Source of the DNA: Octopus bimaculoides
Lineage: Eukaryota
Assembly (NCBI RefSeq): GCF_001194135.2
Contig: NC_068985.1
Location: 7,217,641 to 7,281,640 of the forward strand
Direction of reading: 5' to 3'
Length of the DNA stretch: 64,000 bases
Positions within the stretch are counted from its first letter, which is position 1, and every line of letters begins with the position of its first letter. Below are positions 1-12,040 of the stretch, one piece after another. The translations under genes and the position numbers were made by a program. The notes below the pieces were generated by a model. That model ran no database searches, was not told the DNA's origin, and saw nothing but the letters and a program-made list of their open reading frames with translations.

Positions 1-225
1 ATATATATATATATATAGGCATATATAAATACGTATACGTAGATACTTGCATGTAAACGTATATGCATATGTGGACACAGGACGTCACAAAACATAAACA
101 ACAAATAATACGATGTACGAGGACATGGAATAAGGGCTTTTTTTTTTGCAAGCAACGAAAGAAACAAATGCTCGAACGCCACACATCCTTTTCCAAGTAA
201 CTTTTATCTTAATAACTCCCATACG

Positions 226-620
226 ACTCTTCTATTCTTTTCTTTTCTCTCTCCTCCAACTATTCTATCTATCTCTTCTTTCGTTTTCTCCTTTCCTTTC
301 TCATATTCTTTTACCTCCTCCTCTTCCACTATTGTATCCTTTTACTCTGTCGTTTTCTCTCTTCTATTCTTTTACCTCCTCTTCTCCTATTATTCTATCC
401 TTTTACTCTTTCGTTTTCTCTCTACCTTTCTCTTGTTCCTTTGCCTCCTCTTCTCCCACTATTCTATCTATCTCTTCTTTCGTTTTCTCTCTTCCTTTCT
501 TTTGCTCCCCCTTCTCCCACTCTCTCTCTCTCTTTTCTCTCTTATCCTCTCTCTAAATCTTTTCCTCTCCCCTTCACAGTTCTCTGTCTGTCAATCTCCC
601 TCCCTCACTCTTCCTCCTTT
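226..620. repeat. Pyrimidine-rich (CT) low-complexity tract with degenerate internal tandem units
   Basis: Almost entirely C/T on the + strand, with recurring blocks such as ttttacctcctc and ttcgttttctc. It explains the L/S/F-rich ORFs at 146-641. Confidence 0.85.
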
Positions 621-824
621 GCTCACGTGACCCCCATGTGACCACCGGCTATTCTCCTAACCTCTTTTACTTTCTTTCTTCCTGTTTCAGCTTGACAGGG
701 AAGACATATTGTTCTCTGTCTCCTGTCCAGGATTGTTTCTTCGCGTTTGCCACCATAACCTCGTTTAGGTTTAGCAGCCCTTCTTGTTTGTTTTCACTGT
801 CCTGTTTTTGTCACCATCTTGACT

Positions 825-1330
825 TGTAACATTCATTGTGTGGAATGGGGAAGGTAGAGGGACTGTTGATGCACAGGTTTTGGGTTTGGGGGAGAGACTT
901 TCCTCGTTCTATAACCAAATAGGAACATTTCTTTTGGCCAAATTCCATGCCTATATCGGATGAAAATGTTATTAATTCCAGTGTTTTGTTTTATTTATTT
1001 TTTGGCATCGTTAACACTTTTAGCAATAATTTTGATGTCGTCTACAAAGAAATTATGAGTTACATTGATATTTCTAGCAGTTGAAGATCCAAGCATGTAA
1101 ACATTCGTCTTTTGCAGTATGTATGTATGTATGTATGTACGTATGTATGTATATGTGTGTGTATGTGTGTGTGTGTGTATATGTGTGTATGTATTCAGGT
1201 ATATAGTGATGACTAATAATAGTTTCACACGCTGAAGATGTTATCAACGTGTGTTTCAAAACCTGTCCACATATCTCCAATCTACGGAACTATTAGTAGC
1301 TCATAACTACACACTGTGTACATTAAGCAA
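825..1330 (-). mobile_element. Decayed R4/Dong-clade non-LTR retrotransposon reverse-transcriptase fragment, split by a microsatellite
   Basis: Minus-strand translation gives VTHNFFVDDIKIIAKS (YADD-equivalent motif). After a frameshift it reads LELITFSSDIGMEFGQKKCSYLVIERGK...NECYK, matching the R4-type DIGMEFGxDKC...YKYLG pattern. A (TAYG/TG)n tract sits at about 1117-1197. Confidence 0.75.
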
Positions 1331-1394
1331 TATTTATTTCTCACCAGATGAAGTACTTTTATTTTTGATCTTATCTTAATGGAAAATTACGTGT

Positions 1395-1730
1395 GTGCTC
1401 GCGCGCGTGTGTGTGGCTGTCTCTGTATATGTATTTTCCCACCACCCCTGCTTGACAAGTAGTGTTGGTGTGTTTATGCGTACATAACCTAGCGGTTCGG
1501 CGAAAGCGATTGGATGAATGAATACCAAGCTATAAAAACGTAAGAACTGGAGTCAATTCCTACGACTAAATTTCTACAAGGCGGTACCCTATCATGGCGG
1601 TACCCTATCATGGCGGTACCCTATCATGGCGGTATCCTATCATGGCGGTACCCTATCATGGCGGTACCCTATCATGGCGGTACCCTATCATAGCCACAAT
1701 CTCGTGATAAAAACATGTAAACGATGAAAG
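1395..1730 (+). mobile_element. SINE family B, 3' half, containing an internal 16-bp tandem expansion
   Basis: GT microsatellite followed by cttgacaa...tagcggttcggc...cgactaaa...aaggcggt, homologous to the fuller copies at 36638-37057 and 49776-50228. Confidence 0.75.
1580..1691 (+). repeat. 7 x 16-bp tandem repeat GGCGGTACCCTATCAT
   Basis: Seven head-to-tail units counted directly. Unit 4 has one C>T change. There are no spacers. Confidence 0.95.
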
Positions 1731-1936
1731 AAATCATTTTTACAATTAAGAGTCATCGTTGGTTTCAGGGCCGGGAAAGCACGCAACAAAACGTTTGCAG
1801 TTTTCGCTTATCTCCTCATAGTTTCTGAATTGAAATCCACAAGTTGTCTATTTCTCCCTACTAGCATCAGTAAACTATGCATCAACAAAGAGATTGATTT
1901 AATCTACTGCAAAACTATAAAATGAGATGTCTATAT

Positions 1937-2152
1937 AATGGTCTCAAATTTTGACAGAAGGCCAGCAGTATCGGACGTGGAGACAAGTCGTCTATATCGA
2001 CCCCAATGCTCAGCTGGTACTTATTTTATTGACTCAGAAAGGATGAAAGACAGAATGGACCTCAGAAGAATTTGAACGTAGGATGTAAGGACAGAAGGAA
2101 TGCCGGTAAGTATTTTGCCTGGCGTGATAGCGATTCTGCCAGCTCACCGCCT
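1937..2152 (-). mobile_element. tRNA-derived SINE family C
   Basis: Reverse complement starts ggcggtgagctggcagaatcgct (A-box-like) and contains gttcaaattc (B-box-like) and the ctttcatcctttc...aaaataagtaccag core shared with 57958-58185 and 60814-61015. Confidence 0.8.
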
Positions 2153-3777
2153 CGAGAGGTTTATATAATATATGAAGTGTTTTCAACGTTTTTGTAAATA
2201 ATGTAAAAGATTAACAGGAAGGATAGGTAAATATTAAATTTATAAGTCATAAAATTCAATCTATAATTGCCCACGGCCATATGGAGTTAAGAGTGCAGGC
2301 TACTAACCCCAAGATTCAAAGTTCAATAATAATAATAATAATAATAATAGTATCGAAAAATTCCTTAGGAATGAGAACCCAGGTTCGAAATTTCCCGAAA
2401 CGCTGTTAACGACAAACAAGATGAGGACAAATATCGCCAAATGCAAATAATATAGGTCCTCTTAAATCGGTAAGCATACTGTTATTAATGTTTCTCTTGG
2501 ACCTTAGTACTTCAAATATTGTCTGTAAAATATGAGCGAGGATTGCATACCAGACGGCAAATGATCTTGTGGCTAAGGGCTTGGAGTCTGAATCGGAATA
2601 ACCACGATGATGAGTGAGGAAGAATTTGGTGAATAGCGGTAGCACGAGTTCAGTCAGCTCCAACGAGCAAAGGCCATGATGTAACTGGTAAGATGTCAGT
2701 TAGAGAAGACAGCATGCTTGTAAACCGGAAGCTACAGCATCTCTGTCAATGAATTTACGCCAGTTGTGTGCTGCGTCCAGGAAGCAGGTTAAGATGTCTG
2801 TCTATGCAGTATAGCGCAATCTCAAATGTGGAACTCATACACCCAACACTTAGAGTGGAGTTGATACCCTGACTGCTATGTTCTCACTCAAACTCACAGT
2901 GGTAGGGAGATCTCACATGAAGCTGCTGATCGATAACTCTGCTGATGTCGCGGACAACAGCATTAACTTCTTTAAATTCTTACAATACAAGAACTCACTG
3001 GTGACATAGGAGAGTAAGTCACCAGTCGTTCTGGTAGCAATCGTGATTAATGAGTGAGACTGAGGGCCGCCAATGTGCTTTTAAATTGATGCAGATACGA
3101 GAAATACAATCTTGTACAATCTCCCTGCCACTTAGTGTTTCGCTGTCACTTGTAATGGGCTTTGAAAAGTAGATTTCCGAAACTCAGAATGCCACGCCTT
3201 AACCCATCTACACAGCTACGCGAAACCACACACCATACATTCGTAATGTCCGACCTATCTTGATAATCACAAGCCATGTGATTTAAGTGTAGCAGACACC
3301 ATCCAACAAGAAACCAAAATAGTCATCACCATTTCGCAGTTGTTAATAAAATATTCACTGATATTGCAAAGGCATTTACTGCTTGATTATAGTATTTCTT
3401 TTAGTTTTAAATGCAATTGTAATTTTTAATACTTTCTTTTTTATTTCAGCAACTTTTACGCTCTTATTTTTTCGTTATCCTGCACAACCGGTCAAATGCA
3501 GTCACCTTTGTTCAGACATTTTCTTCGATTTCTCGCTGTCCGAATTAAACGACTATTTTGGAAATTTTGCAGACACATTTATTTCTATCCTATTTTGGTT
3601 TTTAGTTTGCAATTTTTTTTTTAATTACTTCAACGATTAGTTAAATATTCCTGCTTCTCCAACTATAACAGGTAACGTTTGCAATGATTACCTGACATGT
3701 TTTCTATGGCTTTCGTCAATTCTTTCGTATCTTTTCAATTATTTTGTTACATTTTGATTTCTTTGTTTATATAATGC

Positions 3778-3812
3778 TTCACCACCATCATCATCATCAT
3801 CATCATCATCAT
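3778..3812. repeat. (CAC/CAT)n trinucleotide microsatellite
   Basis: Sequence reads caccaccatcatcatcat...; it is the source of the poly-His ORF at 3744-3980. Confidence 0.9.
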
Positions 3813-4107
3813 TGCCAACATGCAATTCATTATTATGTCCAGCATTGTCTTCGTCGTTGTTATCAATTTATTATAAGTAATAGATTAGCTATTTCTCTTC
3901 ATACAAAAATTTCTAAATTTTCGAGGTGGATTGCTTCAATTGGATCGGTAAAGTATTTAATGGTATTAGTATTCAACTGACAGTCTTACCCCCACCTAAC
4001 ATAAGAAATACTACGAATAATTAAAAAATATAAATATGATCACAAATTATAAACAATATCATTCGATATTTGATAAAACTTAAATTTCTTACTAATTAGA
4101 GATATCT

Positions 4108-4192
4108 ATGCGTAGTAGAAGAGACTTGCCAAAGGTGCCACACAGTGTTACTGAAGCCGGAACCATGTGTTTGGGAAGCATACAGCCACGCC
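4108..4192 (-). mobile_element. SINE family B, tRNA-like head fragment
   Basis: Reverse complement ggcgtggctgtatgcttcccaaacacatggttccggcttcag...ggcaagtctcttctact matches the head of 36638-37057. Confidence 0.7.
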
Positions 4193-4689
4193 ACCAAAAG
4201 TCGAACGACTCTACCGCAATGTATCATCAAATGAAAAGATGAGCCTTTGTGAGCAGAAGACGATGCATAGATATGTATGGATATGTAAGTAGAAAGCTCC
4301 ATGATGATAGTAACATCGGTCATGAAAGCAGTTTATCATGGATGGACCAATAGCCGGATTACTACCTCCCACTTTGAAGGGTGTGCGGTTGCATCCTCTA
4401 GTCTTCATTTAGACATCCCTCTGGAGGAAAATTTCGAAATAACTCCCGCCTTTCTGTAAATCCGGAGCAATGAGTCTTCTTTGTTTCTGGATTAATTGGC
4501 TTTGTAGGTGAGATCTCAGTGGTGTGTTGCGAGCTGTTATTGCCTTTAAATTTCAGTGCAAGCAGTACTGACAGCCAGTCTTTCACATCTGGAATAAGAT
4601 AATCTGATAGTGAATGTCATACTCGTATACAATCTGACAGCAACCATGTGTGTGTGAGTGTGTATGCATAAAAATGTATTCGAATAGCA

Positions 4690-5380
4690 TTGACGTTTCA
4701 CCATTACCATGGCAACATAGTCTGTTTTATTTTCTATAAGCTAGAGAGAGTGGAGGCGCAATTCCCCAGTGGTTAGGGCAGTGGACTCGCGGTCATAGGA
4801 TCGCGGTTTCAATTTCCAGACCGGGCGTTATGAGTGTTTATTGAGCGAAAACACCTAAAGCTCCACGAGGCTCCGGCAGGGGATGGTGGCGAACCCTGCT
4901 GTACTCTTTCACCACAACTTTCTCTCACTCTTATTTCCTGTTTCTGTTGTGCCTGTAATTCAAAGGGTCAGCCTTATCACGCTGTGTCACGCTGAATATC
5001 CCCGAGAACTAAGTTAAGGGTACACGTGTCTGTGGAGTGCTCAGCCACTTGCATGTTAATTTCACGAGCAGGCTGTTCCGCTGATCGGATCAACTGGAAC
5101 CCTCGACGTCGTAATCGACGAAGTGCCGAGCTAGAGAGGTGTGTCAATGGAGAGAAGTTCCAGTTGAAATCTAAAAGCGGTTGCAAGGCATAAGTTTCCG
5201 ATATCTAGGTGGTTAAAAAGTGTCTGCAAGAAGGCACCTAAGAGTCATGACCTACCTGCGTCCCGGTTCTCTTCGAGTGCAAGCCGTGAAGAGCCGAAAT
5301 ATTAGCCTGAGGTGGGTTTCTTCCCTGAAGGCCTTCTGCTATTCAGATCTCGAGAGAGATTCTGATCCCTGCATCTAGGT
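4690..5380. repeat. Unclassified interspersed repeat, copy 1 (interrupted by SINE A)
   Basis: After removing the SINE, 4690-4748 plus 5139-5380 align with about 11735-12030. Shared blocks include ttgacgtttca..ttaccatg, gatatc..gtgg.t.aaaagtgtc and cctgaggtgggtttc. Homology may extend left to about 4400. Confidence 0.65.
4749..5128 (+). mobile_element. tRNA-derived SINE family A, full length, with 10-bp TSD AGCTAGAGAG
   Basis: Head tggaggcgcaattccccagtggttagggcagtggactcgcgg...ggtttcaatttcc (A/B boxes) and tail ggaaccctcgacgtcgtaatcgacg. The TSD is at 4739-4748 and 5129-5138. Confidence 0.92.
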
Positions 5381-5412
5381 TCTGTTGTTTTCTGGTGGTT
5401 ATATTTTATTCC

Positions 5413-5640
5413 ATTTCTTTTCTTTTATTTGTTTCACTCATTTGACTGCGGCCATGCTGGAGCGCCACTTTCAGTCGAACAAATCGACCCTACGATTTAT
5501 TCTTTGTAAGCCTAGTACTTATTCTATCGGTCCCTTTTGCCAAACCGCTACATTAAGGGGATGTAAACACGACAACATCGGTTGTCAAGTGATGGTGGGA
5601 TGACAAATGCACACCCACACACACACACATATATATATAT
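5413..5640 (-). mobile_element. SINE family B, 3' half
   Basis: tttgactgcggccatgctggagc...tgtaagcctagtacttattctatcgg...ggttgtcaag is the reverse complement of the family B tail, and it ends in a (CA)n/(TA)n linker. Confidence 0.88.
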
Positions 5641-5689
5641 ATTTCGATCATTTGCACCACATGGGCTCAACTCTCCTCTCATCTTCATC

Positions 5690-6310
5690 TAACCTCTTCC
5701 CCTTTCCTCTCTCCCTCTCACACCTACTTCCTCCCACCCACCTCTCCTCTCTTGCTCCGACTCCTACTTCTTCTCTTCACTCCTACTCTCCTCCTCTCTT
5801 CTCTATACTCCTACCCACCTTCTTCCTTCCCCCTCCCTTCATCGTCATCCCTCCCTCGTAACCCCACCCCTACACAATCCAACCTCACCTTCCCTATCCA
5901 TCCCACCCCACCCCATCCTCACTCCTACTTACCCCACCTCTACTCCCATCCTCAGCCTACCTACATACCCCACCTCTACCTTCACCCTCAGCCTAACCCA
6001 CATCAACCCTTGCTTTCCCCACTCTCGCCTCCCCACATCCCAACACCATCACACCACACCACACATCACTACACCATATACCACTATACCACACAACACC
6101 AGATCGCATCACATCCCATCACCACGCACATACTAGCACTGACCAATTCCCTGTCCCACATGAACACACCTACATATATACATACACACACGCGCGTCAA
6201 GGTCACCAGCCCTCTTTCACACACACATACATACTCTCTTATACGCACGCACTCACCCATTCGTTTTGTGATCACCACTACTTTATTATCTCCCCTTCTT
6301 CTTAGCTCTC
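5690..6310. repeat. C-rich / CA-rich low-complexity tract
   Basis: Runs of ctcc, cccac and cacacc; it explains the P/H/T-rich ORFs at 5607-6318. Confidence 0.8.
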
Positions 6311-6479
6311 CTTCTTAGATCTCCGTCCAGCATTCGGCATGATAGATCGTTAGCCACTACACATTCTTTATTTTCTCTTCTTGTTTCTTTCTGTGTTCCT
6401 TTCTGTGGAAAAGCGTAGGCTCGAGCGTTAAACTAATATATCTGTTTGTTGTCTACACCACCTGTCTTCGTCTTTAACA

Positions 6480-6790
6480 ATAGTCTCGGACCGACCAAAG
6501 CCTTGTGATTGGATTGGGTAGACGAAAACTGAAAGAAGCTCGTGATGTGTGTGTATGTGTGTGTGTGCGTGCGTGTGTGTCAGTGCGTATGTATCTGTGT
6601 CTGTGTTTGTCCCACACCACCGCTTGACAACCGTAATATAGCGGTTCGGCAAAAGAGAACGATAGTATAAGCACTCGGCTTTAACAAATAAATTTCTGGG
6701 AACGATTTGTTCGCCTAGAACCCTCTAAGGCGGTGCTCCAGCATGGCTGCAGTCAAATGAATGAAAGATAAACGATAAAAGATAAGTTCA
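6480..6790 (+). mobile_element. SINE family B, 5'-truncated
   Basis: ctcggaccgaccaaagccttgtga...aactgaaagaagc, then (GT)n, then cgcttgacaacc...aaggcggtgctccagcatggc.gcagtcaaatga. Confidence 0.85.
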
Positions 6791-6994
6791 AATTTCATGA
6801 TGGACTCATTACTTAATTACCATAAATTATTTTTGTTGATGTTTTTAATAACTAAGTTATTGTGCTACGAAACTCTGTTTGTGAATAACTTCAGGACACT
6901 TTGTACTAGCTGATGTTATTTCAGAAAACACAAAATGGAGGGGAAATTCCTTATCCGTATTAAGATATTGTGGATATATCTCTCTCAGTATGTT

Positions 6995-7430
6995 TTGCAA
7001 TTATTGTATTTTCTGTACGGCAAATGATATTACTACATACGTCACCTTATTCAGGCTGAATTTGTTTATCTTGACCGAAGGTTGTTGTTCTTTATTAGGA
7101 TGTTTGCATAAGAGTTGGCCATGGAAGGGCATGTTCTTATTGATGTAGACTATGGTTGTATTATTTGCAATCGCTATATCCGTTTTTGCTGTTACCTTGA
7201 GCAAAGAGTTTAGTTATCCGAAATCCAATCTAATTTCTTTGTTGAATCCAGTTGTGATAATCGATTTTGTTTGATGACACCCAACAAAGATATGTATTGA
7301 GTAACATTGATAATTGCATTCTTAAACTTCTTCCTCACACAAGAGGCCCCTAGCATATTCGCATCATAGGAATTGTAGTTATTTGAATTGAACGTTCCTG
7401 TTAAAAATGTGTTATTTTTAGATTTCAAGT
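6995..7430 (-). mobile_element. Possible highly decayed R4/Dong-type ORF fragment (post-RT region)
   Basis: Minus-strand translation NKNMPFHGQLLCKHP...LNKVTYVVISFAVQK loosely resembles the R4-type K(P/M)LHGQ...LKxETEGFIFAxQ segment. The match is weak. Confidence 0.35.
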
Positions 7431-8002
7431 GTTAACATATATGTAGCCTAGAATTGTTATGTAAGTCAAATACTAAATTATGAAAGGTCATTAGCAACAC
7501 TCCAAATAGACTGATCTGAGTTCCATTTTTTCTTATTTAAATTAATTTCAGCATTTTGATTTTTTCCTTCGCCTTTGTACTGCTTTCACGCATATTTTAG
7601 TTTCATCTATATTTAATTTTTTTAAAGGAAAGGAAAACTATTCGGCTCCTATAGTAGCTACCTTGCTTCTGCTTGCGCATATTTTCGAGAACGATCAAAA
7701 TATATACAAGTCAACTATTACAGTTGATCAAATTTATTATGTCACCTATAAAATACGTTAGTGTTAACACTGTCCTAATAACCACTAATTCTCCTTGTGT
7801 ATCTTTACGGCGGAATATGGTGCCATGGTGCCATGTATATGCAGTGTTTCTTTAGATTGTGTTTGTTTAGTTTCTGTTCCACTGTGCTTTAATGGTGTGT
7901 TCTGTCTGCAGAACTGAGAAGCCACATTGTGCTGTCCACGGACAATCAATTGAAGGCTTTGTTCAAAATCGAGTTGCAGCCATTTCATATGAATGAGGAA
8001 AT

Positions 8003-8027
8003 ATATGTATGTGTGTGTGAGGGCTTA

Positions 8028-8116
<89 letters not shown>

Positions 8117-8150
8117 CTAAATGAATGTATGTATGTATTCATGTATATGT
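8003..8150. repeat. Compound (AT)n(GT)n microsatellite
   Basis: Seen directly in the sequence. Confidence 0.95.
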
Positions 8151-10407
8151 GCAGATTTGTACGTTTTGTTTTATGTATGTATTCTCATGCATATAATCGT
8201 ATATCTAGACATGCTCATATATATTTAAAGGATAAAATTCTAGAAAGTTCTACAGATTTTTACAGTTCCAGTGATGGGTTGAACCTGTAGTCTTCGCATT
8301 AGCTTTCTTCTTTCTTGTTTTGAGAAGCCTAATTTCTCAAGATTGGTATTTAGTCAATGTGTTACATATTCCAGGGCCACAATAATTACATGTATAAACC
8401 TGAACTTGTAATCTGGATAAAGTAAATACTGAATTTTTAATCTGGATAGAGTAATTGTAGATTTCTCAATAGTTCAGTTCAACTCAGAATGTAAGGTAGG
8501 ATGAAATGCTGCTCAACACTTTGTTCGACATGTTAACGATATTCCTGGCTCTCCACCTTGCGTGTATAATAAATAGTAATAAAATTTGTGTATTAGTGAA
8601 ATTAGGAAAGTACCTCACTTAGTGACATAGAATATTTGGTTACAATCCTTTATATTCTCTCGTAACAAAACAACAATACTTCTTCTTCGGGGACCATTTG
8701 CTGCTAATACTCACGAAATCAATAAAAAAAGAGCATAACTTTCACTCACTACAGATGAAATAATCGTGTGTGTCCTTCCTCAAACCCACCGTAGACACGA
8801 GTCCACAATATATATATGACACTATGACTAACTTATAAATCAATTGCAGTAATATCGCGAGTTAAAAAAATATATTTCATCTTTAATCCTCACAGCATGT
8901 TATACACTAGAAATGTTTATAACATCTCCATTTATAAGGCAATATAAATACTTAAGTCGTCATGATAAATTGCATATCAAGTCAAATTAATGCATATCGC
9001 TTTGCAGTAGGAAACAAAGAATTATTAACCACATTGCTCCGGATTCTTCTTTCATTCCTTACCTGCCACCTTTCCTAGTTAATCTTCATTTGATTTATAT
9101 ATTTTCTTTTATTCCTTCATTCTAACATGTCGTTTTCTTTTTATTTTTCGTTACTCTCTTCTTCATTTCCTCCATATTTACTCATTTGTTTCTTTACTTT
9201 TCCAGAAACTCATTTTTTTCTTCTTATTCTACATATCTTATTCTCTTTTTATCCTTTAATTTATCTCCCCCACCAATACAACATTTCCTTTCCTCTCTTC
9301 TCTCTTCTATTCGTTTATTCTTCTTTCTGTATTTACTATAGCCACTGTTTTTAACGCTTATGTCTTACTACTTTCATTGTCAATGCTTGTTTCGTTGAGG
9401 AAAATGTTAATATATTTACTGTTGTAGAGTCACTGCTGCTATTGAAGTTGTGGTTGTAATTGTTGATGAAAGATTGCTAACATTATAATATAACTAATAA
9501 TACTACTGCTGTGTCTTATTGCAATGCTCATATTACTACCAGGGCTGCTGCTGCTACTGCTGCTACTGCTGCTGCTGACATTGCTCTTCTTCCTTCACCT
9601 GTCTACTTATGTTCGTTTATATTTTCTTTATTTCATGAACATTACTTTTGCTGATCTCTCGTTTCACTCCACCGCCACTACACATGGTTCTTCAACCTTC
9701 ATCGATTTCGTCATTATCTTTGTCCTCTAAACCAGCTTTTTATTGCACACATATGCACATCCATACATATTGTATACATATTATATATGTGTGTGTGTGT
9801 GTGTGTGTGTACATATACACACGCACACTAATACAAACACACACACGTACATACATATATGTATGTATGTATATATATATATATATATATNNNNNNNNNN
9901 NNNNNNNNNNNNNNNNNNNNNNNNNNNNNNNNNNNNNNNNNNNNNNNNNNNNNNNNNNNNNNNNNNNNNNNNNNNNNNNNNNNNNNNNNNNNNNNNNNNN
10001 NNNNNNNNNNNNNNNNNNNNNNNNNNNNNNNNNNNNNNNNNNNNNNNNNNNNNNNNNNNNNNNNNNNNNNNNNNNNNNNNNNNNNNNNNNNNNNNNNNNN
10101 NNNNNNNNNNNNNNNNNNNNNNNNNNNNNNNNNNNNNNNNNNNNNNNNNNNNNNNNNNNNNNNNNNNNNNNNNNNNNNNNNNNNNNNNNNNNNNNNNNNN
10201 NNNNNNNNNNNNNNNNNNNNNNNNNNNNNNNNNNNNNNNNNNNNNNNNNNNNNNNNNNNNNNNNNNNNNNNNNNNNNNNNNNNNNNNNNNNNNNNNNNNN
10301 NNNNNNNNNNNNNNNNNNNNNNNNNNNNNNNNNNNNNNNNNNNNNNNNNNNNNNNNNNNNNNNNNNNNNNNNNNNNNNNNNNNNNNNNNNNNNNNNNNNN
10401 NNNNNNN

Positions 10408-10438
<31 letters not shown>

Positions 10439-11479
10439 CACGACACAATATATACGCTCCTGTGCAGGTAATATGAAAAATCTTTTTCCTGTTTAGGTAT
10501 TTTATTAAGAAATTCCCACCATTTTACTCTCACTCCCCTTTATCCTTCTCTGCCTCTTCCCTCCCCCTTTTCTCCCCCTCTCTCTCTTACACAATATTTG
10601 TTGTCCAACGATTAACTTACGATAATTTTCTTGCTGAACCTCATTAATATATTATCTGCTGTTTCTTACCTTATCTGTTTCCTTTTCTCGTTCATGAAAT
10701 AACCCACTTTTCAGTTTAACAATTTTCAAGTTTGTTACTATTTCCTTCTCCAAAACACTATGATTCACTCTTCATCTTCTCAATCCACTTCTTTTACTCC
10801 GTCTATTCCTGTCGATATACACGTCTGTTTGTGTATGTGTGCGAGTGTACGTGTGTGTATGTATATCTGTGTGTGCCTGTGTGTAATTATATGTTTGTGT
10901 CTGTGTGTATATATATATGCGTGCATGTCTGTGTGTATGTATGTGCGTCTGTATATTGAATATATACTTACTCTGTGAATTATCGCAAATTCCAAAGACC
11001 TCCCATCAGCTTCCGTATGCATAAGTTTAAAATTGATAAATCACTCTTAATGATTTTTATATACTATAAAAGAGTAAACATTTAATTCTGCAATTTGTAT
11101 TGTTCTCTATCAGATAAAGCTTTAATTGACATTAACTCCCACAATAACCTTAACATCGTTACTATCAGCACCGCTTAATGATTATGTCATTAGAATCAAC
11201 GTTTCTAAACTAGACAATGAAGTCGAAACAACGACCATCATCACCACCTGCAATTAGCGTTCACTTGTGGTGACAATAAAAATGAAAACACTACTACCAC
11301 ATCTCACCACATCTGCAATCCATAATGACGTCATCATTATCAACGTGTGTCCAACCATCAGCACCTCCACTATTACCACTCTTAATGCAGCCCACTTTGC
11401 AATTAACATCATCGTCTGATTTTGACTGAACTCGCCATGCCGTTTGAAAGTTGAATAAAAGCAAGCGTATTCAAGACCT

Positions 11480-12040
11480 AAAATAGGCCGATCTCGCCAA
11501 TAGCCAGGCAAAAGCAAACTTCCGGTTCAAGAGATGTAGAGTCATATGTTCCGTGGGAAAATCTGTTTAAGATCTAATGAAACAACTCTCAGTCCCTGAG
11601 ATGAATTGGACAAATGCCCTAAAGGCAATGCCAGAGACAGTTGGGTGATTTTCTAATGGGATACACACCATTTCAAGGCAATATTTTTGTTTCAACGCTA
11701 AAGGAAGCAACTCTGAGGGAGTCATTTTGATAGAGTTGACGTTTCATGGTTACCATGACAAGCAAAGTTTTTACTTCTTTGCGTGTAAGTTGAAAAGTGT
11801 ATCAACGGAGAAGAATTGCAAAAGATAATTTCTTCAAGCATTTCAAATGCACAAGTCTCTGATATCCAAGTGGCTGAAAAGTGTCAGCAGAAGGGCACCC
11901 ATGAGTTGTGATCTGGATGTGGCTCGGACTTCTTAGAGTGCTAGAAGTTAAGTACCGGAACACATACCTGAGGTGGGTTTCGTCTCTAATGGTCTGTTGT
12001 TCAGCTGTCTTGAGAGTTTCTTGCCCCCAGCCCACAATGA
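11480..12040. repeat. Unclassified interspersed repeat, copy 2 (near-open reading frames, probably decayed coding sequence)
   Basis: Homologous to 4690-5380. One frame on each strand runs about 180 codons with roughly six stops. No family motif was recognised. Confidence 0.55.

Noticed and set aside
146-641. L/S/F-rich ORFs resembling membrane proteins
   Set aside because: They come from a pyrimidine-rich low-complexity tract.
1580-1691. CRISPR-like array
   Set aside because: The units are head-to-tail with no unique spacers, the context is a eukaryotic SINE, and there are no cas genes. The same applies to 40796, 45961 and 48752.
4749-4830. tRNA genes
   Set aside because: The A/B-box sequences are SINE heads continuing into SINE bodies; no complete cloverleaf was seen at any copy.
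5607-6318. P/H/T-rich 188-aa ORF
   Set aside because: It is C/A-rich low-complexity DNA with no domain signature.
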